Shown: positions 31,763 to 41,102 of the stretch, one piece after another
Numbering within the stretch: the first letter of the stretch is position 1
Layout: the number at the start of each line of letters is the position of its first letter
DNA from: Acidimicrobiia bacterium
Lineage (GTDB): Bacteria > Actinomycetota > Acidimicrobiia > Spongiisociales > Spongiisociaceae
Assembly (NCBI GenBank): GCA_041576165.1
Contig: JBFGLM010000001.1
Span: 1 to 64,000, forward strand
Length of the DNA stretch: 64,000 nucleotides
Reading direction: 5' to 3'
The notes under the pieces: model-generated
What the model was told of the DNA's origin: nothing
The model's database searches: none
The model's input: only the letters and a program-made list of their open reading frames with translations
Made by a program: the position numbers and the translations under genes

Positions 31763-31834
31763 GTTGGACCACCTCCTTTCTCTGGTAGCGCCATGATGGC
31801 ACACGCAAGCAGGTATCGGCGTACTTTTTCCGGG

Positions 31835-32008
31835 TCAGCGATGCGACCACAGCGCCGGGCGGAAGTCGACGTCGACGCACAGGTCATGGTCCATCACGGT
31901 GCGCCGCAACTCGAGTTTGAGCTGATCGTCGAGTTCCGGTTCTTCGACACCGGCCAGGTAGGTGTCGAGCATGACAGGATCCCAGTCGGGTGGCGGAGCG
32001 GCGGACAT
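31835..32008 (-). CDS. Small acidic hypothetical protein (57 aa), missing from the ORF track
   Basis: GGAGGGAAT-ATG; MSAAPPPDWDPVMLDTYLAGVEEPELDDQLKLELRRTVMDHDLCVDVDFRPALWSHR*; GC3-rich codons. Confidence 0.6.
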   Translation of the reverse strand: MSAAPPPDWDPVMLDTYLAGVEEPELDDQLKLELRRTVMDHDLCVDVDFRPALWSHR

Positions 32009-32099
32009 ATTCCCTCCGTAGGTTGGCGGACACTACCACTGAGAGTCCTCAGAATACTACAAGGAGTGGTAGGCCGGAAGGCTCAAATCTGTGCAGTAC

Positions 32100-32858
32100 C
32101 TAGACGGCGGAGCGGAGGGTGTCGAACAGCGTCGACACCGCCTCCGCGAACTGATTCCACGCCCAGCGCAGGAGCAGAATGAGGACGATCAACACGACTG
32201 CGGTGAGCACCTGCCGGATCCGGTACGTCGTGGATTGGCGATCATCCTCGACGTAGGACCTGAACTGGGTTGGCGCCCGCGCCAGGAGTCGCCTGCGCCG
32301 CCACCGATCTCGCACCCATGTTGCGGCGCTCGTCAGCAGCTGCAAGGGGTCGGCCGGATCACGCCTGGATGGTGCAATCACGGATTCCCTGGTCGTCGCG
32401 CTGTGCGGCTCGTCGGCCTGCACAGGAAAGGGCGGGGGTTGAGTTGCGATGGTGCGCACGGGGGGCGGCTCGGTCGCTTCCACCGTCGAGGGTTCGGACC
32501 GGAACGTCGCGTTCCCCATGTCCGTGTCCGGCATGGTGAGCGGCTCCGGCTGCGCCAGAGTGCCGGCGGCATCGGGTGGAGACTCCTCCTCGGTGCCGGT
32601 CGCCGCCGAATGGGGGCCGACGGCATCCGGGTCGCCGGTTGACTCCACCACCAAGTCGCGGGCGTCCAGCTCGAGGACCTCGGCCAGCACGGGTATCACC
32701 GCCTGGTCCGGGCTTGCCGTTGCCTGCTCCCATGCCCGGATGGTGCTCGCGGGAACACCGATCCGTTCAGCCAGTTCGTGGGCCGACCATCCGCGCAGCC
32801 CCCGGGCGATCATGATGGCCTCGCCTACGGCACTTGCGTCGCGTGTTTCTTCGCTCAT
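32100..32858 (-). CDS. XRE-family HTH protein with Pro/Thr-rich linker and C-terminal TM helix
   Basis: AR..RGWS..ELAERIGV..STIRAWE HTH; hydrophobic VLTAVVLIVLILLL near the C-terminus. Confidence 0.75.
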   Translation of the reverse strand: MSEETRDASAVGEAIMIARGLRGWSAHELAERIGVPASTIRAWEQATASPDQAVIPVLAEVLELDARDLVVESTGDPDAVGPHSAATGTEEESPPDAAGTLAQPEPLTMPDTDMGNATFRSEPSTVEATEPPPVRTIATQPPPFPVQADEPHSATTRESVIAPSRRDPADPLQLLTSAATWVRDRWRRRRLLARAPTQFRSYVEDDRQSTTYRIRQVLTAVVLIVLILLLRWAWNQFAEAVSTLFDTLRSAV

Positions 32859-32860
32859 GG

Positions 32861-33295
32861 TCAATGGGGCGGATCCTCCGGCACGCTGTCGGGTTCTTTC
32901 TCATTGGTGATGCGCATGGCAACCACGTTCTTGACGTTCCAGCAGAGCGTATCGCCGTCCTGGACGATCAAACGCATCGGCCCTCCGGCCGAGCGGTCCA
33001 GCCCACCGGCGTCGGGCCCTATGAGCAACCAGCCCTTCCCGCTCGCGTCTGCCAGCGGTACCGACGCCCGATAATGGCCGTCGCCGCTCTCGAATGTCGC
33101 ATACCCGGCGCCGGCCGCAGGGCCGGCCAACTCCAGCAACGCTCCCACCGGAACCACTCGTCCGGCCGGGGCCAGCTCATGGCCGGTCCGGACGGACGAG
33201 AGCTGGTGGATGGCATCGAGGCCGAGGTCGTGGGGATGTTCCACTTCCCCCGAGATGCTCAGCTGGATGGGTGCACCGGCACGACGCACAGTCAT
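32861..33295 (-). CDS. Small protein resembling the molybdopterin-dependent oxidoreductase (Oxidored_molyb) domain
   Basis: L.ISGEV, ES.DG.Y.AS.PL, GGPMRLIV, C.NVK.V motifs. Confidence 0.6.
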   Translation of the reverse strand: MTVRRAGAPIQLSISGEVEHPHDLGLDAIHQLSSVRTGHELAPAGRVVPVGALLELAGPAAGAGYATFESGDGHYRASVPLADASGKGWLLIGPDAGGLDRSAGGPMRLIVQDGDTLCWNVKNVVAMRITNEKEPDSVPEDPPH

Positions 33296-33375
33296 GATTC
33301 AACGGTAGCCAACGCTGGGGACGACTCAGCGGTTCCCACCTTCTGGAGCCGACAACACCGTTTAACCTGGCCGGT

Positions 33376-33470
33376 GGAGGCGAACGAGCGCCTGGTGGGC
33401 TCCCCGGTCTTCAAAACCGGTGGGGGGTCGAAAGGTCCCCGGCGGGTTCGATTCCCGTCCGCCTCCGCCA
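33376..33470 (+). tRNA. selC: tRNA-Sec (anticodon UCA)
   Basis: 95 nt; anticodon arm CCGGT-CTTCAAA-ACCGG, long variable arm, T-loop GTTCGATT, extended acceptor GGAGGCG/CGCCTCC, G discriminator and CCA end. Confidence 0.93.
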
Positions 33471-33556
33471 ACGAGCCGAAGACCCATGCAGCGTAAGGGT
33501 CTTCGGCTACAGGGCCACTCGGCAGCGGCCCGCTCTCTGGTCAGTTCGACGACTCG

Positions 33557-33585
33557 GTGTCCGTCAGGTGTCCGTCGAGTGTCCG
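33557..33585. repeat. Three GTGTCCG direct repeats at 11-bp period (possible integrase arm-type sites)
   Basis: Copies at 33557, 33568 and 33579, between the selC 3' end and the integrase remnant. Confidence 0.5.
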
Positions 33586-33589
33586 GCAG

Positions 33590-34015
33590 AGATCCGAGAT
33601 ATACATGATCCATTTGCGGCGAGGACATCTTGATCCGATGGGAAGAGGTGTCATACCGGTCCAACGTCACTTGGATCGAAGAATGGCCGACCTGCGTCTG
33701 CCCGGCCTTCGGGTTGGCGCCGGTAGCAATCAAGAGCGAGGCGCACGTGTGACTGAGGACATGCACGCAGAGGTGTTCGATATCGGCCCGAACGAGCGCC
33801 GGCTTCCAATAGCCGGCGCTGAACTCCTTCCGGCGCAACGGTCCGCCCCTGGGCGCGGTCAAGACCAACGCCTCAGGGTCGGTGTCGGCGCCACGGGCAA
33901 GGTGCTCAGAAATCCTGTCGCGAAGGAACACCGGCCGCGCCACCGCCCGGGCTCGGTACGCCTTCGTTGGTCCGAAATGGAACCCTCCGCCCACCGAGTG
34001 TCCGAGATCGAGCAC
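33590..34015 (-). pseudogene. Tyrosine integrase C-terminal remnant
   Basis: GPTK...R.V, W..AL..A, HVLSHTCASLLI..GA.PK..Q..GHSSI.VTLDRY; catalytic HxxR Arg lost; frameshifts after TLDRY (HLFPSDQD in another frame); N-terminus missing. Confidence 0.85.
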
Positions 34016-34176
34016 CTATGAGTGCGGGTTCCTACGTATTGCCCGACGTCGTGCTGGGTGGTGGAGTGTGAGGCGCGCTATGGGCGCGGGCTGCGTGCCG
34101 GGTAGGTGAGTCCACACGGCGTAGTTGATGAAGTCCGCCCGGACGACGCTCCCCCCACACCTACTCGTCCTGCGTT

Positions 34177-34263
34177 CGATCCCGGAGTTTGTCGACCTCG
34201 TCGACCACTCGTTGCGTGTCGGGACGATCCCGGAGTTTGTCGACCTCGTCGACCACTCGTTGC
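34177..34263. repeat. Direct repeat, two 39-bp copies at 48-bp period
   Basis: CGATCCCGGAGTTTGTCGACCTCGTCGACCACTCGTTGC at 34177 and 34225. Confidence 0.9.
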
Positions 34264-34566
34264 ACATCCGGACGACCCCGCAGCTTGCGCCACGCGCTGG
34301 CAAACCCTCGAAACATGAAGAAGCCCCTTCCAGGTAGTGGAAGGCGATCGGCGGTGGAGTGTTCCTGCCGCCCGGGTTCCTTCCTGCGAGCCCCACACTC
34401 CGAAGCCCGGATTCGTGATAGGCGGGGCAATGCACTGGATTGTACCGGCTCTAGACCACGGAGGGCCGCAAAGAATCCGCACCTATCACTCAATCTCAGA
34501 CCAGAACGAGGATTCCACCGAGCGTCCGAGATTGGCACGCACGCGCTCGGGTCGTCGTTCGACGTA

Positions 34567-34871
34567 TCAACAGGTCGTTGCGTCCCGTAGGGTCCGGCAG
34601 GCTTCTGCCATGCGGGCGGGTCCGAGTTGGGTGACCCGCCGCCGGCACGAGTCCCCCGGCAGGGTGTGCAGGTTGTCGAAGTTGGCAACACAGGCAGTCG
34701 GTATACCATCGACGTCAGGAGTTCGAATTCTGACACGAGGCCGCGGGACACGCGGGTCAGGGCTGCGACGACCACGGAACCGATCCGATCGGCAACCGGG
34801 TCCCGGGTGAGGATGAGCACGGGACGGTCGCCACTGGGAGTCGCAGCGAACCAGATCTCACCCCGTTGCAT
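34567..34871 (-). pseudogene. mazF: MazF/PemK toxin, frameshifted (similar to mycobacterial MazF2)
   Basis: MQRGEIWFAATPSGDRPVLILTRDPVADRIG...RGLVSE then frameshift to DGIPTACVANFDNLHTL...RRRVTQLGPARMAEAC..L....C*. Confidence 0.85.
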
Positions 34872-34902
34872 CGGCCCAATCCGACCAGTCCTCGGCGGGA
34901 CC
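34858..34902 (-). pseudogene. C-terminal stub of a MazE2-like antitoxin
   Basis: GPAEDWSDWADATG* overlapping the mazF start, matching the recalled MazE2 tail; rest of gene absent. Confidence 0.6.
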
Positions 34903-34956
34903 TCGGCTCCTGTGGGCGCCAGTTCCACTACTCTGCGCGGGAGCACACAGGAACTG

Positions 34957-35253
34957 ATGAAGGAACCGCTGGACGTCAACGGATATCGAATCATGCCTGG
35001 ATGGCGGGTTGGTCATCTGATGGAGGAGAACGCCACACGATCGGGGCTCCTCGTCCCCGCCGGCACGGAGTCTTCCAGCGACGCGCTCACGCTGGTCGAT
35101 ATCAAGAGCGGCCGTAGATTCTGGGCGGTCCCCACCGGCGCCTGGCGCTTCCTGTGGCCTCCGACCGGCAAGGTGGCCGTGGCCGTGCGGGAGTCCCAGA
35201 TCATTGCCGAAGAGGACGATGACACCCCAATGAGCGAGAGTTCCTATCTCTGA
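34957..35253 (+). CDS. Small hypothetical protein with GroES-like signature segments (98 aa)
   Basis: AGGA RBS; YRIMPGWRVGHLMEENATRSGLLVP...AVRESQIIAEE. Confidence 0.55.
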   Translation: MKEPLDVNGYRIMPGWRVGHLMEENATRSGLLVPAGTESSSDALTLVDIKSGRRFWAVPTGAWRFLWPPTGKVAVAVRESQIIAEEDDDTPMSESSYL

Positions 35254-35337
35254 GACGTCTCCTGATCCCGGGGCTGCCGAAATTGAGGGACATCGGGCGG
35301 GCATGCCTGGCACAGTTGGTGAGTCGAAGCCTCGCAT

Positions 35338-36648
35338 ATGACTTCTGAGCATCAGTCACGCCAACGCCGCCGCCTGACGGCCACCGTCACCGACCTCGAA
35401 GTCGTCCGCCAGCGCGCGTTCCTGATCTCGGTTCGGCTAGGGAACGACAGCCCGCTCCAGCTCGAACGCAGCGTCCAGGAGCTGGAACTGCTCACCGACA
35501 CCGCCGGATCGGACCCGGTGGCGTCGGTGATCGTCAGCCGGGCCCGGCCCGACCCTGCCACCTTCATCGGCCCCGGCCAGGCGCGAGAGCTGGCGATCGA
35601 GAGTATGTCGCTGGACACGGACGTGGTCGTCTTCGACAACGACCTCACCCCCGCCCAGCAGCGCAACCTGCAGGCCATCTTCCAGACAGACGTGGTCGAT
35701 CGGGTGGCGGTGATCCTCGACATCTTCGCCCAGCACGCAACGAGCCGCGAAGGCATGATGCAGGTCGAGCTGGCGTTGCTCCGCTACCACCTGCCTCGCC
35801 TGCGGGGGCAGGGAACCAAACTCAGCCGCCAGGCGGGGGGAATCGGCACCCGGGGGCCGGGCGAAACGAAACTCGAAACCGACCGCCGGCGCATCACCCA
35901 GCGGATGGCGAAGCTGGTCCGGGACCTCGATGACCTGCGCGGGGTCAGGGACACCCAGCGCAAGGCGCGGCGTCGCAAGCAGATTCCCACCGCGGCGCTG
36001 GTGGGCTACACGAACGCCGGGAAATCCACATTATTGAACGCGCTGACGGATGCCGGCGTCCTGACTGAAGACCAGCTGTTCTCTACGCTCGACTCCACCA
36101 CCCGCCGCTGGCAGCTACCCGGCGGCCAGACGGTGCTGCTATCGGATACGGTCGGGTTCGTCCAACGGCTTCCCCACCAGCTCGTCGAAGCGTTCCGTTC
36201 GACGCTGCAGGAGGTCTCGGATGCAGATCTGCTATTGCACGTCGTGGACGCGTCCGACCCCGGTGCGACGGATCAGATCGCTGCGGTGCGAGAGGTGTTG
36301 GAGTCGATCGACGCGGGCTCGATCCCTGAACTCCTGATACTCAACAAGCTCGACGTCGCCGAGCAAATAGCCGTCGACCGGCTGCAGCAGCTCTATCCCG
36401 GCGCAGTCGCAGCCTCTGCGCTGATCGGTGATGGCCTGCCCAACCTTGGCGAAGCCATCGGGACGGCACTCACCAAGCAGTTCGAAGAGCTGTCACTCGT
36501 GATTCCGTATGAGCGAGGCGACCTACTTGCCTCGCTCCACCGTGACGCCGAGATCCTGGAGGAGGTCCATGGCGACTCGGCCACCCGCCTCACGGTCCGG
36601 GTGCCGCCCGACGTCGCCGCCCGCCTCGCCCCCTTCGCGTCTGAATAG
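35338..36648 (+). CDS. hflX: GTPase HflX
   Basis: ILDIFAQHA, GPGETKLE, GYTNAGKS, DTVGF, NKLD. Confidence 0.95.
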   Translation: MTSEHQSRQRRRLTATVTDLEVVRQRAFLISVRLGNDSPLQLERSVQELELLTDTAGSDPVASVIVSRARPDPATFIGPGQARELAIESMSLDTDVVVFDNDLTPAQQRNLQAIFQTDVVDRVAVILDIFAQHATSREGMMQVELALLRYHLPRLRGQGTKLSRQAGGIGTRGPGETKLETDRRRITQRMAKLVRDLDDLRGVRDTQRKARRRKQIPTAALVGYTNAGKSTLLNALTDAGVLTEDQLFSTLDSTTRRWQLPGGQTVLLSDTVGFVQRLPHQLVEAFRSTLQEVSDADLLLHVVDASDPGATDQIAAVREVLESIDAGSIPELLILNKLDVAEQIAVDRLQQLYPGAVAASALIGDGLPNLGEAIGTALTKQFEELSLVIPYERGDLLASLHRDAEILEEVHGDSATRLTVRVPPDVAARLAPFASE

Positions 36649-36668
36649 CCCGCCGGTGCCGACGAGGG

Positions 36669-37406
36669 TCAGGCGTCCGTTGCGACCATGGCCGCACCAA
36701 CGATGCCGGCGTTGTTGCGCAGCGCGGCGGGAACCACTTCAGTTTCGATGTCGAGCTGCGCGGCGTATTTGTCGAAATTCTTCGAGATTCCACCACCGAC
36801 GATGAACAGGTCTGGAGCGAAGAGACGCTCCAGATGTGTGAGGTAACGCTGGACGCGCCGGCCCCACTCAACGTAGGACAGGCCTTCGTGCTCCTGGAGG
36901 CGCCCGGCCGCCCAGGTCTCGACCACCGCGCCCTCGAGCTCGAGATGACCCAGCTCCGTGTTGGGGACCAGCACTCCGTCGACGAAGAGGCCGCTCCCAA
37001 TCCCCGTACCGAACGTGAGTACCAGCACGACCCCGGACCGGTCACGGGCGGCACCGACCTTCACTTCGGCAACGCCGGCGGCGTCCGCATCGTTGATGAC
37101 CGTCACCGGGCATCCGGTCGCCGCGGTGAAGAGGGCGTCGGCGTCGACGCCGACCCACCTCTCATCGACATTGGCGGCCGTGTAGACGACGCCCCGTTTG
37201 ATGATGGCGGGGAACGTCACGCCGATCGGGCCGGACCAGTCGAAATGGCGCACCAGTTCGGCGACCACTTCCGCGACCGCGTTGGGCTTGGACGGCTGGG
37301 GTGTTTTGATGCGCTCCCGCTTGTTGAGGAGCTCGCCCTGGTCGACATCAACCGGGGCCGCTTTGATCCCCGACCCACCGATGTCCACGCCCATGCGTGT
37401 GTTCAT
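36669..37406 (-). CDS. ppgK: Polyphosphate/ATP glucokinase (ROK family)
   Basis: [47 protein letters not shown]. Confidence 0.9.
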   Translation of the reverse strand: MNTRMGVDIGGSGIKAAPVDVDQGELLNKRERIKTPQPSKPNAVAEVVAELVRHFDWSGPIGVTFPAIIKRGVVYTAANVDERWVGVDADALFTAATGCPVTVINDADAAGVAEVKVGAARDRSGVVLVLTFGTGIGSGLFVDGVLVPNTELGHLELEGAVVETWAAGRLQEHEGLSYVEWGRRVQRYLTHLERLFAPDLFIVGGGISKNFDKYAAQLDIETEVVPAALRNNAGIVGAAMVATDA

Positions 37407-37512
37407 GACCACCTCCAGCCGCGGCGGAGCCTACCCACGCCGCCGCAACCCCCACACCATGCAGCCCGGCGCGGAGGTTGTGCAACAACCTCCTGCCGGT
37501 AGCCTCGCCGCC

Positions 37513-38409
37513 ATGCGGATCCTCCTGCGCACGCTGGAGACAATGGCCGGCGGTGTGATGGCGAGCCTGGTCATCGTGACAGCCAGCGCGGCGGCGATTC
37601 TGGCCGCCGGCCGCCGGGCGCAGCCGCCTATCACTGCGGTCATCCCGGTGCTGGTGTATGTGATCCTGATCCGCCGGCGGATCGACGCGGCGTTCGTCGT
37701 GGGGCTGGTGTTGCTGGCCGTTCCGCTGTTCATCGATGTCGGGAACAGTCTTCTTGCCCGGGTGGCCATTGGTGTTCCAGGCGCCGCAGTGATCGGATTC
37801 GGGACGACGCCGGGTCCGGTTCTGCTCGACCTGGCCGTCACCGGGGCGATCGCCGTCGGAGGCGCCCTGGCGGCCGACACCGCAGACGCCCATGAACGGA
37901 TCGGGCTCGGCACGCTGTTCCTGATACTCGCCACCATCGGCGGCTGGCTGGACATCCCGGACGTAGACCGGGTGCTGATCCTGCTCGGGGCATCGCTCCC
38001 GGTGGCAGCACTGGTGTGGCCGATCCCGCTCGCCAGAGCGGGGGCCGGCGCCTACCTGTGGGTCGGCGCCCTGTTGTGGACGGCGGTCGAAGACGGGGCG
38101 ATCCGGCTGAGTTCGGTGGTGGGAACCACCGCTGCGCTCGGGATGCTGCTGATCGAGCCGCTCGTCCGCCGCTCCTTGGGCTGGCAGGACGGCGTCTTCT
38201 TGCGGACGTGGGGTGACCGCCCGCCGCTCGCCGCCATCGCCCCCAGTGCAGTGCAAGCGGCGGTGGTGCTGCTCGCCTCCCGGGTCGCCGGCCTCCAGCG
38301 GAGCACCGAGGTCTCGCTGGTCCTGGCCGCCGCCATCCTGGCCGTCGCGTTCGCCGGTCTACGGACCGCCGCTCCCCGGCTGGCCCGGGGCGGCGTACGG
38401 CCTGAGTAG
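37513..38409 (+). CDS. Multi-pass membrane protein of unknown function
   Basis: Long hydrophobic ORF with many TM-like segments. Confidence 0.6.
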   Translation: MRILLRTLETMAGGVMASLVIVTASAAAILAAGRRAQPPITAVIPVLVYVILIRRRIDAAFVVGLVLLAVPLFIDVGNSLLARVAIGVPGAAVIGFGTTPGPVLLDLAVTGAIAVGGALAADTADAHERIGLGTLFLILATIGGWLDIPDVDRVLILLGASLPVAALVWPIPLARAGAGAYLWVGALLWTAVEDGAIRLSSVVGTTAALGMLLIEPLVRRSLGWQDGVFLRTWGDRPPLAAIAPSAVQAAVVLLASRVAGLQRSTEVSLVLAAAILAVAFAGLRTAAPRLARGGVRPE

Positions 38410-38766
38410 CGCCCGCACCACGACACAATGTTCTTGGAGGATGGTCGGACGCGCCCGACCAGGACGCCGGTCCGTCTTTGGCGGAGAGGCGGACCACTCC
38501 CGCTGCGGGGGCGGCGAGCCGGGTCGGCATGGGGCTGTCAGTGAGGGCGCTCTTGCGCAAGCCGTCCGGTAGGCTGACCTTCGCGCCAGGGACAACGAAG
38601 CCAGGTAATGCTCACTCCGGGGCAGTGGGGCGTCAACGGGGGCATGAATGATCGTGAACACGTCGGTTCTTCTATCCGGCCTCGTGAGGCCGTGTCGCGC
38701 ATCCGGGCGGGCCGCCTCACCGGGCCATGCCTATGCGCGGTCACGAGTCGCGCATTCGGAGACAGC

Positions 38767-40494
38767 ATGATCGAGCCGACCTATCTGCTGGGCCTCGACT
38801 CCCTGCAGGACGCCTTCTACCGCCAGCTCGACGCGGTCCCCGAGGCCCGCTGTATCACCTGGTACGACCGGCGGTCAGAGGTTCGCTGGCAATCGCGGGC
38901 CGAGTTCTACGCGGTGGCGGCCGGACGGGCCGCCCAGCTGCGAGAGGCCGGACTTGGCGCCGGTGACGCGTGCGTCATAGTGCATCACAGCGATCCGACA
39001 TCGATGGCCACCCTCGTCGGCACGCTGCTGCTGGGCGGCCTTCCGCTGCTCGTGGCGCCGCCGGCAATCCAAGGAGTCAACTCCGACCTCCCTCGCGTCG
39101 TGACGAGCACCGTGCAGCGAACTCACGCGCCGGTGGTCTCGTGTTCGGCGAGCCTCGAGAGCATGCGGGATGAGCTGCGTGGGGCGAACCCCGCGACCAC
39201 GTTCCTGTTCGGCGACGATCTCGACGGAGACTCCACCCAGGAGCTGGGAGAACGGATCCTGCCGGGACCGCTAGATCGGGCCGCCTACCAGCTGACGTCG
39301 GGAACCACCGGGTTTCCCAAGATATGCGTCTGGAAGCAAGAGGGTGTGCTGGCGGCGCTCGACGGCATGTACCGGGCGATGGAGCTCAGCGCGGACGACG
39401 TGTTCTTCAACTGGACGCCGCTGTATCACGACATGGGGCTGGTCAACAACACGTTCCTGTGCCTGGCGGCAGGGATCCCGATGGTTATGCACAGCCCGCT
39501 CGAGTTCGTGAAGAACCCGGCGTCGTGGCTGACGGGCCTGCACGCCACCGGTGCCAACACGACCTGGTCCCCCAACTTCGGTTTTGCAATCACCGCCCAG
39601 CGCGCCAGGGACAAGCAGCTGGACGGTATCCGTCTCGATCACGTGAAGGGATTCTGGAACGCGGCCGAGCGGATCCACTTCGAAACCATGCAGACCTTCG
39701 CCGAGCGTTTTGCTGCGTTTGGAGTGACGCCCGCGCAGCTCAAGACCAACTTCGGCTGTGCTGAGAACATCGGCGGTGCCACCTTCAGCGATCCCAACGG
39801 CCCCTACATCGTGGAACACGTGGACCGTGACATCCTGCAGGACGCGTGGATCGCCGCGCCCGTCCCCGGCGACCACCCGCTGGCGACCCCGCTCGTGTCG
39901 GCCGGACGGCCCCACCCGGGAATGGACATTCACATTCTGGGCGACGATGGCGAGCGCCTGGTTGACGGCGAGGTCGGCCTGGTGGCACTCGATTCGCCGT
40001 CGGCCCTGATCGAGTATCTCGAAGATCCCGTTGCCACCAAAGAGGCCATCCTGCCCGACGGTCTCGTACTGACCGGCGACCTCGGATACCTGCGCGACGG
40101 TGAGCTGTTCTGGACCGGGCGCGCCCGAGAAAGGATCACCCAGCGGGGCAAGAAATTCGACCCCTCCGATTTCGAGCCGGCGCTGTTCGAGGTGGAAGGA
40201 CTGCGCAAAGGGTGTTTCGCCGCGTTTGGGGTCGACGATCCCGCCCAGGGCACCCAACAGATCGTCATCGTCTCCGAGGTACGGGAACCATTGGAGCGCA
40301 CCACGAAGGAGATCGCCGGCGACGTGCGTGAATCGACCATGACCCACCTCGGTGTCAATGTGGCCGAGGTCGTGCTGGTCTCCTCCGGTACGCTCACGAA
40401 AACGTCCAGCGGCAAGCGACGCCACCGGCACTTCTCCCAGATGTATCTGCGCGGCGACCTCGACCCGTTCATCGTGGAAGAGAGCTCCCCGTGA
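38767..40494 (+). CDS. Fatty acyl-AMP ligase (FAAL)-like adenylating enzyme
   Basis: QLTSGTTG.PK, W.PLYHDMGL, PNFGF, TGDLGY, KTSSGK. Confidence 0.85.
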   Translation: MIEPTYLLGLDSLQDAFYRQLDAVPEARCITWYDRRSEVRWQSRAEFYAVAAGRAAQLREAGLGAGDACVIVHHSDPTSMATLVGTLLLGGLPLLVAPPAIQGVNSDLPRVVTSTVQRTHAPVVSCSASLESMRDELRGANPATTFLFGDDLDGDSTQELGERILPGPLDRAAYQLTSGTTGFPKICVWKQEGVLAALDGMYRAMELSADDVFFNWTPLYHDMGLVNNTFLCLAAGIPMVMHSPLEFVKNPASWLTGLHATGANTTWSPNFGFAITAQRARDKQLDGIRLDHVKGFWNAAERIHFETMQTFAERFAAFGVTPAQLKTNFGCAENIGGATFSDPNGPYIVEHVDRDILQDAWIAAPVPGDHPLATPLVSAGRPHPGMDIHILGDDGERLVDGEVGLVALDSPSALIEYLEDPVATKEAILPDGLVLTGDLGYLRDGELFWTGRARERITQRGKKFDPSDFEPALFEVEGLRKGCFAAFGVDDPAQGTQQIVIVSEVREPLERTTKEIAGDVRESTMTHLGVNVAEVVLVSSGTLTKTSSGKRRHRHFSQMYLRGDLDPFIVEESSP

Positions 40495-41093
40495 CGGCCG
40501 TACCCGACACCGCCAGCATGTATCAGGATCCCCTGGAGGAACTCTTCATCGCCCAATTCGCGGCCCCGCGGGAATTGAAGCCGGTAAACCTGCGGGCGAT
40601 AACGCCCTACCACCGAGCGCTCATGTCTATCGACGGCACGGTGACCAAGTTCATCGAGGCATTCCGGATGGAGCCGGTCCGGGTGACGGTAGTGAGCCAG
40701 GAACACCGGGCACTGGCCGAAGACCACGAGTGGCTCGAAGCCGGCGCCGGCACTCCGGTCATCGCCCGTGAAGTCACGCTCCGCGGCGCGCTTTCCAACC
40801 GGTTCTATGCCTTCGCCCCATCGCTGCTCGTCGTCGAGCGCTTGCCATCCGCAGTGCGGGAGCAGCTGGCCGACCATCCCCACGGGATCGGGCGCATCAT
40901 CTCGGAGGCGAATCTCGAGACCCGCCGCGACATTCTCTGGTACGGGCGGGAGCAGCTCGAACCACCACCGCCCGGCTCCAACCACACCATGTACCTGAGC
41001 CGCACCTACCGCATCATCGAGCGGGAACGACCCCTCATGCTGATCAACGAGAAGTTCCCGACCGGCGACGAAACGCTGCCATCACACCACTGA
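40491..41093 (+). CDS. Chorismate pyruvate-lyase family (UbiC/Rv2949c/DUF98-like)
   Basis: R.L...DGTVT.F.EA, REV.L.G, IGRI....LETRR.I, SRTYRI...P.M.I.EKFP. Confidence 0.8.
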   Translation: MTAVPDTASMYQDPLEELFIAQFAAPRELKPVNLRAITPYHRALMSIDGTVTKFIEAFRMEPVRVTVVSQEHRALAEDHEWLEAGAGTPVIAREVTLRGALSNRFYAFAPSLLVVERLPSAVREQLADHPHGIGRIISEANLETRRDILWYGREQLEPPPPGSNHTMYLSRTYRIIERERPLMLINEKFPTGDETLPSHH

Positions 41094-41102
41094 GGAGTCC
41101 GC

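Larger units (their letters stand above)
31373..31787 (-). ncRNA. Candidate ~410-nt structured transcript with extended Shine-Dalgarno, micro-ORF and repeat arrays
   Basis: TGnCATCAT-like -10 just upstream, AGAAAGGAGGTGGTCCA at its 5' end, internal GGACCACC complement, two tandem arrays, terminal hairpin. Confidence 0.45.

Noticed and set aside
31765-31781. 16S rRNA 3'-end-like sequence (TGGACCACCTCCTTTCT) as an rRNA gene fragment
   Set aside because: No helix 44/45 or other rRNA sequence flanks it; better read as an extended SD on the minus strand
34174-34185. GTTCGATCCCGG as the second att copy of the selC 3' end
   Set aside because: Match to the tRNA T-arm is too short and does not extend into the acceptor stem
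34177-34263. Mini CRISPR array
   Set aside because: Only two copies separated by 9 bp, no cas genes; a simple tandem duplication
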